From IMG/VR virus record IMGVR_UViG_3300001373_000001, positions 1 to 64,000 of that record: 64,000 bases of DNA; one strand, given 5' to 3'. A program made the translations under genes and the position numbers. This DNA is from a virus. Lineage: Duplodnaviria > Caudoviricetes. Positions 61,819 through 64,000 of this stretch are shown piece after piece; within the stretch, counting starts at the first letter, position 1, and the number at the start of each line of letters is the position of its first letter. The notes beneath the pieces are model-generated. The model ran no database searches, had not been told where the DNA came from, and saw nothing but the letters and a program-made list of their open reading frames with translations.

Positions 61819-63090
61819 TTACTTTTTATTTTTTTTCAACTTCTTTTTTATTATTTCTTGATTATCTGGGTTGGAAATATTTTTAGCAGCATTATAATCT
61901 GCATCAAGTTTTACTCCACAATTAACACAAACAAATTCATCTCTTTTTACTCTATTGTCTTTATCTGTATGCCCACACCCACTACACTTTTGACTAGTGT
62001 ATCTTGGGTTTATAAGTTTAACTTCAATTCCAACTTCATCAGCTTTGTATTTAATCTTTTCTTGTAAATCGAAATAGCTCCAATCTTTAAGAAATAACTT
62101 ATCTTTTTTAATATTTGATAAGTCTTCCATCTGTATTATTTTACAGTTATTCTTAACTGCTAATCCTACAATATATTTAGAATATTTATGGTTAATCAAA
62201 TCTTTAAAATTAGCTATTTTCTTTCTCACAACTCTTACATATTTAGACCTATGTTTATATCCTCGACCTTTTATAGCATCGCTTTTTATGCTAGATTGCA
62301 AAGACTTTAATAAAGATTCTTGTTTCTTTCTAAAGCTGTCTATTTCGCCTCCTCTTATGTGATATCTTTTTAAATTATTATTAAATGCCATATAAGCAGC
62401 ATTTACTATTCCCATGTCTATACCCATTATATTTTTATCACTTAAAAGTAACTCTTTCTTTTCCATACAATATGTTAAATTAATGAACCATTTATTCTTA
62501 CTAAAAATTATCATTGAAGCTCCGATTTTATACTCTCCAGATAGCACGCTTTCAATTATTTTCTTTTGGTAATTACCATCAACTTTAATTTCTACGCAAA
62601 CATGGCAACTACCTTCGTTTCTTGCAAATAACCTTAAGTCTACATAATACTTATTTTCATTTTCAATAACTTCTATGCTCTTAGAATGTAAATCTATAAT
62701 ACTATTTTTATAAGATGGAATAGACATCTCACCTTTTAAAAACTTCTTCTTACTATCATTCCATTTCTTGCAACCTCTTTGAATAGAAGTTGAAATATTA
62801 GCTTTCGATAGCATTGGGTATTCGGTTCTGATTACTTTATCACAATACCCACTAAAAGATTTGTATCCTAATATACTTAATATATCTGGTTTACACTCAT
62901 GTTTGATATAATAATCCGAACAATAATTATTCCATTCCCAATTTAATCTAATTGTTTTGTTCAATACTTTTTGTGTTTGGTCTTGAAACTCCACAAGTTG
63001 TTTCTTAAAATCTTTGAAATCTATACCCTCAGAATCGATTATCTGAAAGCGCATCACTTTATTTATTGTATCAATTTTTATTTCGTCCAT
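61819..63090 (-). CDS. cas12f1: type V-F CRISPR effector Cas12f1 (AsCas12f1-like), 423 aa
   Basis: MSIPSYK, LSGEY..GAS, GIDMG, GGEI..FR, QMEDL, YTSQ.C..CG, C..CG...ADYNAA.NI; adjacent array and tracrRNA. Confidence 0.92.
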   Translation of the reverse strand: MDEIKIDTINKVMRFQIIDSEGIDFKDFKKQLVEFQDQTQKVLNKTIRLNWEWNNYCSDYYIKHECKPDILSILGYKSFSGYCDKVIRTEYPMLSKANISTSIQRGCKKWNDSKKKFLKGEMSIPSYKNSIIDLHSKSIEVIENENKYYVDLRLFARNEGSCHVCVEIKVDGNYQKKIIESVLSGEYKIGASMIIFSKNKWFINLTYCMEKKELLLSDKNIMGIDMGIVNAAYMAFNNNLKRYHIRGGEIDSFRKKQESLLKSLQSSIKSDAIKGRGYKHRSKYVRVVRKKIANFKDLINHKYSKYIVGLAVKNNCKIIQMEDLSNIKKDKLFLKDWSYFDLQEKIKYKADEVGIEVKLINPRYTSQKCSGCGHTDKDNRVKRDEFVCVNCGVKLDADYNAAKNISNPDNQEIIKKKLKKNKK

Positions 63091-63091
63091 C

Positions 63092-63520
63092 TCATTCCTC
63101 CAGCATATTGTATATACAAAGTATGGACATATTAGCTACTTGACTTTTATTTACACCCCATTTTTTAGCAAGGTGTATTGTCAAATCATTAACGGAATTG
63201 AGCATATTGAATGATACATGTGTTGTATCTTTATTCTTCTTTATTCTATTATATGCAGTTCTAACATCATCAATATCTTTTATTTTAAATTTCAAATCTT
63301 CAAAACTTGTTTTTTTATCAATTAATTTATTAATTTTCAATAAATCTTCTTGACTCAAGTTTTGTAAGTTTTCTATAATATTATCTATAGAAGTTTTAAT
63401 TATAATCTTCTCTTTAATATTTTCTTGAGTTTTATTTTTTTTTGGATAATTAGCAGCTTGTTCTATATCTATATCTACGCCTTCATTTTTATTCTTCTTA
63501 TTCATTTTCATACCTCTCAT
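63092..63520 (-). CDS. putative ribbon-helix-helix partition adaptor (type Ib ParB/ParG-like)
   Basis: C-terminal HVSFNM...LAKKWGVNKSQVAN; directly downstream of parA. Confidence 0.6.
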   Translation of the reverse strand: MRGMKMNKKNKNEGVDIDIEQAANYPKKNKTQENIKEKIIIKTSIDNIIENLQNLSQEDLLKINKLIDKKTSFEDLKFKIKDIDDVRTAYNRIKKNKDTTHVSFNMLNSVNDLTIHLAKKWGVNKSQVANMSILCIYNMLEE

Positions 63521-64000
63521 TAATTTTTTTTATAACTTCATTTGTCAATTTTGCATATTGTCTGGATATTTCTAATTTATTATCAAATAATTCTATAGGA
63601 ATACTTAGTTCTTGAGATCGTATAATATTAACAGATTCAGATAATATTGTATTAAATATTTGGTTACTATCAAAATATTCGCTCATCTTTTCAAAACATT
63701 TTTTTGTTAAAGTTGTCCTTTTATTTGCTCTAGTTAATACAGTTCCCAATATTTCCAAATCGCTATTAGTATTATTTCTAATATCGTTAACTAAATTTAT
63801 AATCCTGTTAATACCTTCAAATGAAAATATTCCCACATCTATTGGTATTATTAAGTAATCGCATGCTGATAGAACATTTAAAGTTGCTATTCCCATTGTT
63901 GGTGAACAATCAAATAAAATAAATTTATAATCATCTTCTACCTCAGATATTCTTTTTTTGATTATCAATTCTCTAGCTAAATAATTTGAAAAGTCTAGAT
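63498..64000 (-). CDS. parA: ParA/Soj partition ATPase, 5' end outside the window
   Basis: YKFILFDCSP..G..T.N.L.A.D..IIP; frame open to the window edge. Confidence 0.9.
   Translation of the reverse strand, partial: LDFSNYLARELIIKKRISEVEDDYKFILFDCSPTMGIATLNVLSACDYLIIPIDVGIFSFEGINRIINLVNDIRNNTNSDLEILGTVLTRANKRTTLTKKCFEKMSEYFDSNQIFNTILSESVNIIRSQELSIPIELFDNKLEISRQYAKLTNEVIKKINERYENE

Larger units (their letters stand above)
1..64000. mobile_element. Segment of a large SPbeta-like temperate phage / phage-plasmid of a low-GC Firmicute
   Basis: SSB-AAA-helicase-primase-RecJ-RNR-DnaE module, many small phage-type ORFs, plasmid-type ParA+RHH pair, no host housekeeping synteny. Confidence 0.85.

Noticed and set aside
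1085-62067. many short antisense ORFs in the track (e.g. 5294, 12700, 31745, 48744, 57773, 61858)
   Set aside because: Shadows of well-supported genes on the opposite strand, with no RBS
61819-63090. IS200/IS605 TnpB transposon
   Set aside because: No TnpA or IS ends; adjacent array, tracrRNA and AsCas12f1-like motifs indicate Cas12f

Overview
Very AT-rich 64-kb segment of a large temperate Firmicutes (probably clostridial) phage or phage-plasmid with SPbeta-like organisation. No virion genes are in the window, and all family assignments come from motif recognition, not database searches. Left to right: (1) 1-21 kb, an accessory region rich in paralogous hypothetical families, with a small tyrosine recombinase, XRE regulators, four DUF6275-like genes, an orphan HicB and a motif-dead PtuA-like ATPase. 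(2) 21-29.5 kb, a mostly non-coding, strongly strand-skewed control region with a LexA box, a recombinase-like inverted repeat, tandem repeats and two divergent sigma-A promoters, each followed by a boxA-like site. (3) 29.5-40 kb, an early/host-takeover operon (J-domain, DUF932, DpnD/PcfM, radical SAM, AcrVA2/FinQ-like) and two dead recombinase-fold regulators. (4) A DUF2828 (Ro60/TROVE-like, vWA) gene preceded by a perfect promoter and two ACAGCAA-containing structured RNAs, one tRNA-like; this is the best candidate for an undescribed system. (5) 42-61 kb, replication and nucleotide metabolism (SSB, AAA_24, DnaB, primase, RecJ, NrdJ with two inteins, dUTPase, ThyX, Gmk, DnaE, RecU). (6) A minus-strand parA / RHH / cas12f1 operon followed by a tracrRNA and a 5-repeat CRISPR array with a tail of truncated repeats and short spacers.
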